A stretch of DNA of 62,532 nucleotides, the filler included, from Stramenopiles sp. TOSAG23-2 (lineage: Eukaryota): assembly GCA_900128395.1 (NCBI GenBank). It is 3 parts of 3 records of this genome, joined end to end, with 100 filler letters (N's around TTAATTAATTAA, not from the genome) between each part and the next. Parts side by side here need not be neighbours in the genome. Positions count along the whole stretch, not along the records: positions 30,474 to 60,817 come from LT649384.1; 2 more parts are not named here. One strand, given 5' to 3'. This document shows positions 43,882-54,384 of this stretch, piece by piece (the first letter of the stretch is position 1; each line of letters opens with the position of its first letter). A program made the position numbers and the translations under genes. Under the pieces are notes generated by a model, which did no database searches, was not told the origin of the DNA, and saw only the letters and a list, made by a program, of their open reading frames with translations.

Positions 43882-45201
43882 TCAGACTCTTTCGACCCTA
43901 TACTTTTTTGAAATAAACTCATTGAATTTATCTAATGCCATTCCATGCCGAGCAATGACAGCCCAATTGATCAATTTTCGATTTGATTCTTCCTCTTTCA
44001 CAAATTTATTTTTAATTTGTCTTCTTGTACGTTCTGGAAAATATTCTTCGATCATTGAAAAATTTGTTCCAAATTGTCGCAATAAATCATAAAATTTTCT
44101 AGTATCTTTCACAGACCATCTCATTGCTGGTGTTCGGCGTGAATATGACGCAGATGTAACACGATTTTGTCCATCTTCGGAAATATTGCTTTGTTCCAGT
44201 TCTGTTGTATTTGCTTCAGGAACAAAAACCATACTAGCCTGATTAATTAAAATCTTACCATCTACCATATGTACAGTTGGTACAATATTTCGTGTTGCGG
44301 AACCATTTCCATCATCTGGCACAGCGGAAGTATTATTATTATTATTATTGTTGTTATTATTATTATTCTCTACGGACGATGTGATATTTGAACTTATGTT
44401 ATCATTATCATTAGATAATGATGATGTTGGTGAAGATTTATTATTGTTGTTACTTGTTGTTGATCCAGACTTGGCAGATAAATTCATATTTTGATTTGAT
44501 CCTTTTTGCGAATTATTGTTTTTTTCTATATTATTATTATTAATTTTTCCTTTACCACGTCTACGTTTTCTTGATGCTTCTCGTTCACGAACTGCTTGTG
44601 TTGGTTCACCATCTCTTAACCCTTTAATAAAATCACCAACACATAAAGGACGCTTTACCCCATTAACGGAACGGCGTTGTTGAAATGCTGGGGAAAGTGA
44701 ACGTGTCCGTACGGCAGCAGCAGTGGCAATGAGATTTGTGGATGGCATTTGACGACGGTTATTCTGATTATTGACACCAATATTGATGGTATTACTAGTA
44801 CTAGTAGCAGTCGTAGTTGGGACACCCATACTATTAGGACTAGAGACTAAATTAGTTCTAGTAGTAGTAGTAGTAGTAGTAGTAGTAGGTGCAGCATTAA
44901 TATTTGAACCTGCTGTTGCTATTGTTCCTGACGTTGAAATTACTGATGGACGGGACAAAGAGGATGATATACTAATTTGTTGTATATTATTTTGGTCACT
45001 ATTGCCACTTCCTCCTCCTCCTCCTACATGGTTTATATCGCCACTCGAAGCACCGTTTAAACTATTATTATTATTTGGTATAAAATTCTTCTCATTATTA
45101 TTACCAATTGCATGAGGTTGTTTTGGTTCTTCCCATACAATTTTTTTTTTCGGTCGTTTCGGACGTCTTGTAACTCTTGGTACAGGAATATCAAAATCCA
45201 T
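43882..45201 (-). CDS. BDP1: TFIIIB subunit Bdp1 (SANT/Myb domain)
   Basis: VDGKILINQAS..VTSASY..RWSVKDTRKFYDLLRQFGTNFSMI...FPERTRRQIKNKF..EE. Confidence 0.88.
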   Translation of the reverse strand: MDFDIPVPRVTRRPKRPKKKIVWEEPKQPHAIGNNNEKNFIPNNNNSLNGASSGDINHVGGGGGSGNSDQNNIQQISISSSLSRPSVISTSGTIATAGSNINAAPTTTTTTTTTRTNLVSSPNSMGVPTTTATSTSNTINIGVNNQNNRRQMPSTNLIATAAAVRTRSLSPAFQQRRSVNGVKRPLCVGDFIKGLRDGEPTQAVREREASRKRRRGKGKINNNNIEKNNNSQKGSNQNMNLSAKSGSTTSNNNNKSSPTSSLSNDNDNISSNITSSVENNNNNNNNNNNNTSAVPDDGNGSATRNIVPTVHMVDGKILINQASMVFVPEANTTELEQSNISEDGQNRVTSASYSRRTPAMRWSVKDTRKFYDLLRQFGTNFSMIEEYFPERTRRQIKNKFVKEEESNRKLINWAVIARHGMALDKFNEFISKKYRVERV

Positions 45202-46054
45202 TTTGTTCTATATATATATATATGATATATGTGTGATATGTGATATATATTTTGATATCTTGTTTTCTATTTTCTTTGGTGGTACTTCTATTAAAACTAT
45301 CTATAATTGAATGAATGGCAATTGGAAGTAGTAATTTGTTCAAAAAAGAAGAGAGAGATAGGAGGTTTTTTGTACTTGAAAGGGAAAACTAGTAGTCTTT
45401 TTGTAAAAATGTACACTTAACACTATTCACTATGGGGAAAATATTCATCCTTTTTTCTAATATTTTCCAAAAATATGATTGTATAGTACAATAACAAGTA
45501 CCTGTACCTAGTACAATGTGATATGAAAAATAAAATTGGCATTTTAGAAAGCGAAAGCACCCAGAGCACATAATGTGCTACTATAATGTAGTCTACAGTA
45601 AACATATTTCCTACTGTATGTGTAATTCCAGTTAATACGATAAATTTAAGGTGTTTGTACCGTGTGATTGTAGATTGTACCTATATCGCCAGCAATTCGT
45701 ATATCGATATAGGACGACTGTCGGGATCCTCTCTCCTCGTAGGCTCCTCGTAGCTCCCAGCAGCAAAAATTAACACTGCAGACAATGGGAAATAATAATT
45801 AAAATGGTGAAAAATGTGCCAACTTAAAATGTGCCAATCTAGATTTATAGATCTTCTTTCCAAAATCTATATATTATCATCTACAACATATTGATGTATG
45901 TAGAAGCTGCTCATCTAGACAGACATATATATATAATAATAATAATTACAAAAACAAGAAAGAGGAAGAATAGATAATAGAGATATAGAACCACTTAATC
46001 CCCCTGCCTCACCCCCCCCCCTTTTTTAAAGAACATATTGTTAAATAAGAAACA

Positions 46055-47271
46055 ATGGCTTCTATGGCAAATCACCGTAGGCCACCACCGATAGTTCAAA
46101 AATCCAGAAGAGAATCCATGAAAACTGCAGATGGATTAAAATTATATGGTTTAGACGCAGAGCTTGCTGCAAAAGATGCAAAAAAATTTGATGCTGATTT
46201 AATGGGTGATGCACAAACTTGGTTAGAGGAATTAATTGGAGAGCCATTTCCGACTGATTTCATGGCTAGTTTAAAAGATGGTGTAATACTTTGTAAAGCT
46301 ATGAATGTTATCAAACCAAAAACAATACGACGTATCTCAACATCAAAACTTGCATTTAAACAAATGGAAAATGTTACAGGATTTATCAAAGCATGTAGAA
46401 AAATGGGTGTGCCTGAATATCAATTATTCACAACGCCTGATTTATATGAAGGAAAAAATCGAAATCAAGTGATTCAAGCCATTGTTGCATTTGGTGGTAA
46501 GTAACATATTTTTCCAATATATATACCTAAAAAAGATATCCACTCTAACACATCACATATTTATATATATATTCACATATTTATTTATATATATATATAT
46601 GCTATATGCTATACACAGGCGTATGCCAAAAATTACCAGGGTATTCCGGTCCAATATTAGGTATTAAACAAACAACTTCAAAGGTAACAGATAAATGGGA
46701 AATTGGTAAAAATTCTGAAGTTTCAATCATGAATAATGGATCAATTGGAGCCAAAGGGATGGAGCGTACAGCACCAAATTATCATACTGGCCCATTAGCT
46801 GGATCTAAATATGCTGGTGTTGGCGATACAACAGTTGTATCACAATTTCACATGGGTGCAACTGGCAGTGGTTCAAAAAGAATCAAACCTTCCAATAAAG
46901 GCGCCATGTTAATGGGTGCTCAACATGGAACTGGTGATACAGGTTCAATAAGTCAAATTAATCAAGGTAGTAAAGGTATTGGATCGCAACGAGTTGCACC
47001 AAAATATGCTGGTAGTGAAGTTAGATATGCATCCTCTGGTAGTAGTAGTAGTAGTACACAAGCAAAAAGGCCTGCACCATCATTGCCACAATCATCCATG
47101 CTACGATTTAAAGCTAAATATGATTTTAAAGCTGCTCAAAGTGATGAAATTGATATTTCAGAAGGCGATATATTAGAATCAACAGGACTAACAGAGGAAT
47201 GGACGGAAGGTACAAATACTAGAACGGGTAAAGCTGGTTTATTTCCAACTTTATATGTTGAAGCAATGTAA
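46055..47271 (+). CDS. Calponin-homology (calponin/transgelin type) + SH3 protein; exons 46055-46496 and 46619-47271
   Basis: CH domain LKDGVILC..FKQMENVTGF..LFTTPDLYE; spliced junction AFGGVCQKLPGYSGPILG; SH3 AKYDFKA..DEIDI.EGD..W..G..GLFP..YV. Confidence 0.88.
46497..46618 (+). other. GT-AG intron, 122 bp, phase 1
   Basis: GTAAGT donor, ACAG acceptor; joins the two ORFs in frame. Confidence 0.85.
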
Positions 47272-47892
47272 GATAAAAGGTTGTGTTCAAGCTAAAGGAT
47301 CCTCTCTAGTTCAAGCCACGTACATACACATTGTAGGTTTTTGCGTTTCGTTTAAAATTTTACTATACTAAACATATACTAAAAGTACATTTTATCCTAT
47401 ATATATATTTTTCCTTGTTGATTACACCATCATCATCATCATCATCACCAACATTTCTATATTTTTATATATATGTGTGTGTAAGTACATATTTTAATTT
47501 GTTTTTTAAAAAATTGATTGTCAAAAATAACACTACACAGCATGGAAAATCTCGTCCAAATTAAAAATACCAGACACCTGACCCTTCGTCATGCGTTGTT
47601 GCTCATCACACTCTTCACAATCACAAATCACAACAAAAAAATAATAAGCTAAAAAATTATATTTTAACAAAAATATGTACAAACAATAATATACCAGTAT
47701 GTAACAAATGTGTAGATATACATACATAAACACATGTACACATGTAAAATCTTATCACATAATATATAACATATATATAAGTAAAAGAAATTTATATAAT
47801 ATATGAGTAAGAGAAAATTATATATATATATATTAGATAGATATACAAATAGCACATACAAAATAATATAAATAATTATAAATAATATAAAT

Positions 47893-48579
47893 ATGGTGGC
47901 TATGAAAGTATTGGAAAATTTAGGTTGGATTTTAACATGTACATCTGGATTTGCTATATTAATCATTTTTAGTGCCATGGCAGCTGATGTTGGGTTGTCC
48001 AACATATTTTGCTGGCATCCCATACTTCTCTCAATGGCATTTTTGTTGTACATGAATGAAGGCTTATTGGTTTATTTTAATAATAATAATAAAACTGATC
48101 GTGCTGTGTCCAGATATTGGCATGGTCGGTATATGCTATTGGCTACTTTATTTTCGATTGGCGGATATATCGCTATATATATTTCTCATGCACGACAAAA
48201 TCATTCACAATTTGGTATTGGTCACGCGTTTATTAATGCTTTACATGTTTGGATAGGTTACCTGGTATTATTATTAATGCTTTTACAATCTTTTGTCGGT
48301 ATGTCTAAGTATTTTGGTTTTGCGAAGGCAAAATGGCATGGAAAGTTAGGGGTGTATATTTATTTTGGTGGTATATTAAATATTTGTATTGCTGCAATAT
48401 TTTGGAATAGTGAAAGTTGGCGAGGAATTGTACGTTTTATAGTAATTTTAACAGCCCTTTCTTTGGCATTGATAACATTATGGATTAAACGTAATGGTGG
48501 CATTCTATTATCCAATGATGATGAGATTGATCAAGAAAATGAATATGAAACTGTCTCGTTAAATGATTCTACATTATAA
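47893..48579 (+). CDS. Cytochrome b561 family transmembrane reductase
   Basis: About six hydrophobic helices; four heme-ligand His in WHPILL, YWHG, LHVWIG and WHGKLG. Confidence 0.88.
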   Translation: MVAMKVLENLGWILTCTSGFAILIIFSAMAADVGLSNIFCWHPILLSMAFLLYMNEGLLVYFNNNNKTDRAVSRYWHGRYMLLATLFSIGGYIAIYISHARQNHSQFGIGHAFINALHVWIGYLVLLLMLLQSFVGMSKYFGFAKAKWHGKLGVYIYFGGILNICIAAIFWNSESWRGIVRFIVILTALSLALITLWIKRNGGILLSNDDEIDQENEYETVSLNDSTL

Positions 48580-48898
48580 TAAAAATTGAGACTTGTGAAA
48601 TTTTTAGTGTTAGAGAGCTTACCATTTTTATGAAATACGCGCGAAGTATTACGAAAACATAAAAATATATATTAAAGAATACGGTTCGTAGTATAAAACA
48701 CGATTCGTTTTAAAATGTTTTTTTTACGTAAATACTTTCGGGGGGTAAAAAAAATATGATATTTTATAATACTACGATATTCGTGTGTGTAAAATATTTT
48801 TTTAGATCAAAAATATTAATTTTATATCTTGAAAATAAATTTTTTATTATTTTTATATTTAATTTAAATATTAAAATATTTTCCCTCTTTTTTTCTAT

Positions 48899-51800
48899 TT
48901 ATACACCAGGTGGTTTTTCATAGGTTTCTTCTCCAGTATTTTTATTTACCCACTTTGTAACACCTTGCTCTTCATCCTCCACTTCATCCCATTCATTTTC
49001 AACTACTTCAGCTTCTTTCTTTTTTTTTTCCTCTTCCTCCTTTCGTTTCTTCTCTTCTTCTGCTTTTTTTCTAGCTGCTTCTTCTTCTTGCTCTTTAGCT
49101 TTTCTAGCTGCTTCTTCTTCTTGCTCTTTAGCTTTTCGTGCAGCCTCTGCAGCCTCTCGTTCCTTCTTTTCTTTTTCAGCTTTTTCCGCAAATTCAGCAT
49201 CTTGTGCTTTTTGAATATCTTCTAAAGCTGTAATCCTTTCGCCATGATCATTCAACATAGTTTCCATACTATTTAATTTATCTCCACGACTTGTTGCAGC
49301 ATCTGCCATTTTATCTTGAGCTTCCATTAACAATCCTAATTTATCGTTAAATTTATCTGTATTTTCTTCTTGCTCTTGTTTAAATGCATCCAACGTTTCT
49401 GTATTTTTAGTTTCTAACTCTGTCATTGCAAGTGTTTGAGTATCTTTCAGCTCTTCCATTGATTGAGTGCGTTCTTCTACTTCCTTCTTCATGGCTTCTG
49501 TGCGTTCATCTACTTCAGTAGTTATCTTCGTTTCTAATTCATTAATTTTCTCCTTACTTTCATCAAGATTCGTAGTCATATCTTCAATACGCTCTTCTGT
49601 TGTTTTAGCATATTCTTCAGCATTTTCTTGTAATTCCTCTACTCGTCCAGTTATATCATCTTCCATTTCTTGTCTCAATGAATCGATTCCTTTCGTTATT
49701 TTAGCATTCACATCATCTGATGATTCTCGCAATTGTTTACGAATTGATCTAGATGTTGTTGCTAAGCTATTTGTTAATATCATTGAAACATCATTCAGCG
49801 TTTCATCTTGATGTTTGTCTACTAAACGACCAATTATACCTTCCATGGCAGTGCGTACTTCACTTTCTCGAACAGCGTCGTCAAGATCTTGACCAATTGC
49901 ATCACGCAATTGCATGCTTGACAGTTTCCTAGCTTGCGCTTCATCCATAATCATTCTTGTTACTTTACGATTAAATTGGTTGATTTGTGCATCGGTTTTT
50001 TGTACGATCCAATCCCTTTGTGAAGTTAGGCGTTCATCAACTTCACCACGTATACGAGTGCCTTGTTTTAAACGTATAGCAGCTTCTGCTGCTAAATTAG
50101 CTTGTGAATATGCTTTAACGGATTGCAATTGCTGTTCAAAAACTCGGCGTATACTAGATTCCATTTTTTTCAATCGATCTTGAACGTCATCCGTCAATAA
50201 TTTAGCATCTTTTAAACGTTTTAACTTTTCACTATCAAAATTAGTATTCATAACATTATTTTGAGTACTAATATGTTTCTCCGCAGTATCTTTCACTTCT
50301 ACAATTTTTTGCTGTGCATCCTTTGATAATGCTTCAGCTGCAATAGATTTTTCTTCTGCTGTAGATACTTTTGGCATCAGCTCATCACGTAAATTTTGTA
50401 TCGAAATTGTTGTGTTTTCTTTTGCTGCATTTAACGAGTCTTCTCTGCCTTTTGCACTTGTATCGTTTAATTGAACAATTGCATCGTTGCGAAGTTTTGC
50501 CTCTTCATCAACCATTTCTTTAGCACTATTTACAGCATTTTCACGTGCGTTGATGATTGCTTCTTTTAATTCAGTAGACAACGTAGTGACAGCAACTTCG
50601 CGTGCGCGTACTGTCGCACCATCTCCTTGAATACGTTGTATACGTTCTTTATCCAATAAACTTTCTGTTTCTCTACGCAATTCATTAATTGAATCTTTTG
50701 TATTTTTTCGTAAATATGTCTGTACTCTACCTAGGTCTCTATCTAGTTTTCCATCTGCCGCTATACGTTCTTCCCTTTCGGTTCTTAGTCCAGTTTTAGC
50801 AAATTCTTCAATACGTGTCATCCTAGTGCCTAGATCTTCATGTGCATTATCTGCAAATACTGTTAACCGTTGCTCCGTGGATTTTAATTCACCCCGAGAT
50901 ACTGTCAACGCACGGACTTCTAATACTACTTGTTCTATATCTGAAATTGCTGCTCTAGATTCAGCATCATTCGCATCTACCCTAACAGACAGAGTTTGTA
51001 AAGCTGCATCCATATTAGATAATGCTTTCTTTGTAGAGTCTGCATTTAATTTTAAATCTGCTTCCATCTGAGCTTTAAAACTTGCAAGTGCTGCATCTAC
51101 ACGATCTTCTACATTTTTGATACGTTCATCATACCCTTTCACAGATGCTAAAATTCTAGCTTCAACTGCTTTGGCTCTATCATCGATTACTGTTTCCCGT
51201 GCTACTGCTCTTTCGTTACCTTCTTGCATTTTCTTCTCTCTCATTCTAATTTCAGCCCTTAAAACATTTTCCACCGTTTCACTTGACATTGTAGTTTCTT
51301 TTCTTAATTTATCTAATCCATCATGAACTTGTTTTAACCCTTGCTTGTAGGTACGCTCCCATCGCATTTTTTGCTCTTCAGCTTCTTGATGATATCTTTT
51401 AACTAATTTCGTCAATTCATTCATGGCTTGATTTGCATCTCGTTGCATTCCTTTTTCATATAATTCTGTGCTACTTCGTTGCGATGCATTATCAGCTTCT
51501 ATTGCTGCAACGCGCATTTCAAACTTACGGTTCATTTCAAGTTCAAATTGACGCCTATCAGCGCGCTCATCTGCTAATGTTCCCTTCAATTGGTCTAAGT
51601 ACGATTGCATACTACTTCTTGCATTTGAGTGACGCTCTTCATTAAATGTTTGAAGTTGCTGTTCCGCTTTTCGTTGCTCGGTATGAGCACGCCATACTTC
51701 CATCATTTTTTCGCTAACACGTTCAAACATGATTTTTTCTTTTTCATCAATAATTTTACGTATTTCGTCTTCACGTGCATTTAATTCATTTGAATTTTCA

Positions 51801-53428
51801 CGTCTTGTTTCACGTTCCCTAGTTATTAAATGTTCCAAGCGTTTGACTTGTCCATATATATTTTCATATCTGGCATCAATTTGTGAATCTCTTGAAGCTA
51901 AATTTTGTATTTGTGCGGAATCTTTCTCTTCTAAGCGCACTACACTAGACTCTCTCATATTCACACGTGTTTCTAATGATGCAACTCTATCTGCAGATCG
52001 TAAGGCAAATTCACTCATTTGTGTACGATGTTCATCTAAATGTCGTTTCATACTTAACATTTCTTCCCACATTTCCGTACGTTTCTTTTCCTCTTCTTGT
52101 GCATATTTCCTATCACGTTCATCTCTTGCTCTTAATTCTGCAATTAATCTAGCTGGGTCTAATAAATTTTGTTTTCCATTATTTACAATATTTTGTTGTT
52201 GCTGCTGTGCTTGTTGTTGTTGTTGTTGCAATGCTAATTGTTCCTGCGCTCTTGTCCTTGCATTGTTACGTCCATTTCTTCCCCCAGGCAATATACCACC
52301 ACCAGGTAGCTGTGCGGATGATCCAATACCAACATTTTGTCGATTGTTATTATTATTATTATTGCCACTACCAACGTTGACATATCCATTTAACGACGTA
52401 CCTCTGCCTGCACCTGCAATTTTATATTGCAAAATTTCAGTTTCGACTTGTCGCAATCTATCTTTTGCTTCACGCATATCAAGTGCATCTTGCATACGTA
52501 ATTTTTCTAAATATGCAGTACGATCACGTAAAGTATTTTCATTTCTTTCCGCTAATGAGGATATTCGATCTAGTTGATCTTTTAACTTTTTTCTTTCCGC
52601 TCTTTCTTCAACAAGCATTTTTTGGACAAAGCTTAAACTTTGCATTTGTTCCATTGCTACTTCCATATCCTCATATCTATTATTGTTAAAATCTTGTGAT
52701 GGATCAATATTATTTTGATTATCATCATATGAAAAAGATCTTTTAATAATTTTCCGATTACGTTTATTATTTTTGTTATTACGATTTTGTTTTTCATATT
52801 TATTACGTTTTTCTTCCTCAGATGAATATCGTCGTCTAATTGATTGCACCGCTTTGTTCAAAATACGGCGTTCCGGTGATCCAATTTTTTCCATTGGTAC
52901 TTGCCCAGGCTTATCTGTTACTGAAGATGGGCGGCTATTTACTTGCGGTATTACACGAGAAGTTGGTGCATTTATTTGTCGTCGAATTCCAGCAGGGACA
53001 TCAAATGGAATTTTACTATTTCTTTTTGATTTTGTTTTCGGGTGTGAATGTTTAATTTGCAGTCCATCTTTTTCATCGTTTTTTGTATCTAAATTATTGC
53101 GCATTGCTAAAAATGCTGCTTTTGATGAATTGACTTGCCTGACACGCCTTTGTGGAACTTCTTGTACACCAATATTTAAACCAAGTTCATCTTTCCCAGT
53201 CATATTTTTTTGCATTTTCTTTCGTCGCAATTCTTCTACTTGATGTTTTAAATCTTCAGCATATTCTTTCTTCATATCTGCCTTTATCTTATCATTACGA
53301 TATCCTTCTTTACCCCACAAAGGCGTATTACTATTGGCTCGATCAAAGCGTGTAAAATCTTTTTCCAATTGATTGCGATTTAATCCAGGATTTTGTCCAA
53401 CATATGCTATTGGTAAATAGTTTGCCAT
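48899..53428 (-). CDS. Large coiled-coil protein (probably cytoskeletal) with C-terminal WW-like motif
   Basis: 1509 aa of heptads; recurrent E-x3-R motifs (TEREERIAAD, KERIQRIQGD); tail EWDEVEDEEQGVTKWVNKNTGEETYEKP. Confidence 0.75.
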   Translation of the reverse strand: MANYLPIAYVGQNPGLNRNQLEKDFTRFDRANSNTPLWGKEGYRNDKIKADMKKEYAEDLKHQVEELRRKKMQKNMTGKDELGLNIGVQEVPQRRVRQVNSSKAAFLAMRNNLDTKNDEKDGLQIKHSHPKTKSKRNSKIPFDVPAGIRRQINAPTSRVIPQVNSRPSSVTDKPGQVPMEKIGSPERRILNKAVQSIRRRYSSEEEKRNKYEKQNRNNKNNKRNRKIIKRSFSYDDNQNNIDPSQDFNNNRYEDMEVAMEQMQSLSFVQKMLVEERAERKKLKDQLDRISSLAERNENTLRDRTAYLEKLRMQDALDMREAKDRLRQVETEILQYKIAGAGRGTSLNGYVNVGSGNNNNNNNRQNVGIGSSAQLPGGGILPGGRNGRNNARTRAQEQLALQQQQQQAQQQQQNIVNNGKQNLLDPARLIAELRARDERDRKYAQEEEKKRTEMWEEMLSMKRHLDEHRTQMSEFALRSADRVASLETRVNMRESSVVRLEEKDSAQIQNLASRDSQIDARYENIYGQVKRLEHLITRERETRRENSNELNAREDEIRKIIDEKEKIMFERVSEKMMEVWRAHTEQRKAEQQLQTFNEERHSNARSSMQSYLDQLKGTLADERADRRQFELEMNRKFEMRVAAIEADNASQRSSTELYEKGMQRDANQAMNELTKLVKRYHQEAEEQKMRWERTYKQGLKQVHDGLDKLRKETTMSSETVENVLRAEIRMREKKMQEGNERAVARETVIDDRAKAVEARILASVKGYDERIKNVEDRVDAALASFKAQMEADLKLNADSTKKALSNMDAALQTLSVRVDANDAESRAAISDIEQVVLEVRALTVSRGELKSTEQRLTVFADNAHEDLGTRMTRIEEFAKTGLRTEREERIAADGKLDRDLGRVQTYLRKNTKDSINELRRETESLLDKERIQRIQGDGATVRAREVAVTTLSTELKEAIINARENAVNSAKEMVDEEAKLRNDAIVQLNDTSAKGREDSLNAAKENTTISIQNLRDELMPKVSTAEEKSIAAEALSKDAQQKIVEVKDTAEKHISTQNNVMNTNFDSEKLKRLKDAKLLTDDVQDRLKKMESSIRRVFEQQLQSVKAYSQANLAAEAAIRLKQGTRIRGEVDERLTSQRDWIVQKTDAQINQFNRKVTRMIMDEAQARKLSSMQLRDAIGQDLDDAVRESEVRTAMEGIIGRLVDKHQDETLNDVSMILTNSLATTSRSIRKQLRESSDDVNAKITKGIDSLRQEMEDDITGRVEELQENAEEYAKTTEERIEDMTTNLDESKEKINELETKITTEVDERTEAMKKEVEERTQSMEELKDTQTLAMTELETKNTETLDAFKQEQEENTDKFNDKLGLLMEAQDKMADAATSRGDKLNSMETMLNDHGERITALEDIQKAQDAEFAEKAEKEKKEREAAEAARKAKEQEEEAARKAKEQEEEAARKKAEEEKKRKEEEEKKKKEAEVVENEWDEVEDEEQGVTKWVNKNTGEETYEKPPGV

Positions 53429-53447
53429 TGTTGTTTAAGATTATATT

Positions 53448-53734
53448 ATATATTATATATATTGATATCTAGGAACAATAATTAAATATATCTATCTATC
53501 TTGGATAATTATTACAAACACACTATATATAAAATAAGCAATGAATAATACACCTTTTTTTTTATCTTCAATAGTTTGTTTTAAACACAGTATGTAAATA
53601 TATTATATATATTGATATCTAGGAACAATAATTAAATATATCTATCTATCTTGGATAATTATTACAAACACACTATATATAAAATAAGCAATGAATAATA
53701 CACCTTTTTTTTTATCTTCAATAGTTTGTTTTAA
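53448..53734. repeat. 137-bp direct repeat (53448-53584 and 53598-53734)
   Basis: Read directly; period 150 bp, 13-bp spacer. Confidence 0.92.
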
Positions 53735-53927
53735 CTGGTTTTTCTCTTTTCTTCTGTTACTATCATACATCGATATATTTAAATTTTCTATCCTTTTTAA
53801 TAAATTTTCACGGAAGGTAAGTGCGCAACAAGTAACCGATAAAAGTTGTTGGTATTTTTGATGGCATTTTCTAATTCGACAAAACCACAAGGTGGACACA
53901 GCAAGTGTATACTAATATGGACACAGC

Positions 53928-54076
53928 ATCAACCTGAAATCTTTCACAATCTGACAATCCTGAAACTTCTAAAAATTCTTTGTACTTAGTTCTAGATTAG
54001 TACACTATTACTTATCAACCTGAAATCTTTCAATCTGGAAACTTCTAAATTCTTTGTACTTAGTACACTATTACTT
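53928..54076. repeat. Imperfect tandem duplication (53928-54013 / 54014-54076)
   Basis: ATCAACCTGAAATCTTTCA...TACACTATTACTT occurs twice, with small internal insertions in the first copy. Confidence 0.8.
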
Positions 54077-54105
54077 TAACTTTGTGTTAGGCGGCTTTCA
54101 CCAAA

Positions 54106-54120
54106 AACCCTAACCCTAAC
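54106..54120 (-). repeat. Short telomere-type repeat AACCCTAACCCTAAC
   Basis: Read directly; about 265 bp upstream of the ATG at 54385. Confidence 0.7.
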
Positions 54121-54384
54121 ACGCTCATTTTTTTTTTAGCGTTTTTCATTAAATTGTTGTTGTTGTTCGAACAACAAAAAAAAAAAAATATTTTTATCTC
54201 TTTCATCTTTCTCTCATACTTATACCAACATTATCAGTAAGATTGATTGAATCATCTATTTATTTTTCATTTTTATTTTTTTTTCTATACATGGAAATAA
54301 GATCACTAATTTAGTTACTTGTTATTGATATAATTATCGTTTCTGTTCTTGTTTATGTTATATATTTAATTTTTTTTTTTAAAA

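Noticed and set aside
45680..45780. GC-richer patch with CTCCTCGTAG twice, possible RNA gene
   Set aside because: No tRNA cloverleaf, snRNA motif or convincing stem found by eye.
49467..53355. Many antisense ORFs inside long genes
   Set aside because: Shadow frames of codon-biased coiled-coil and other coding sequences.
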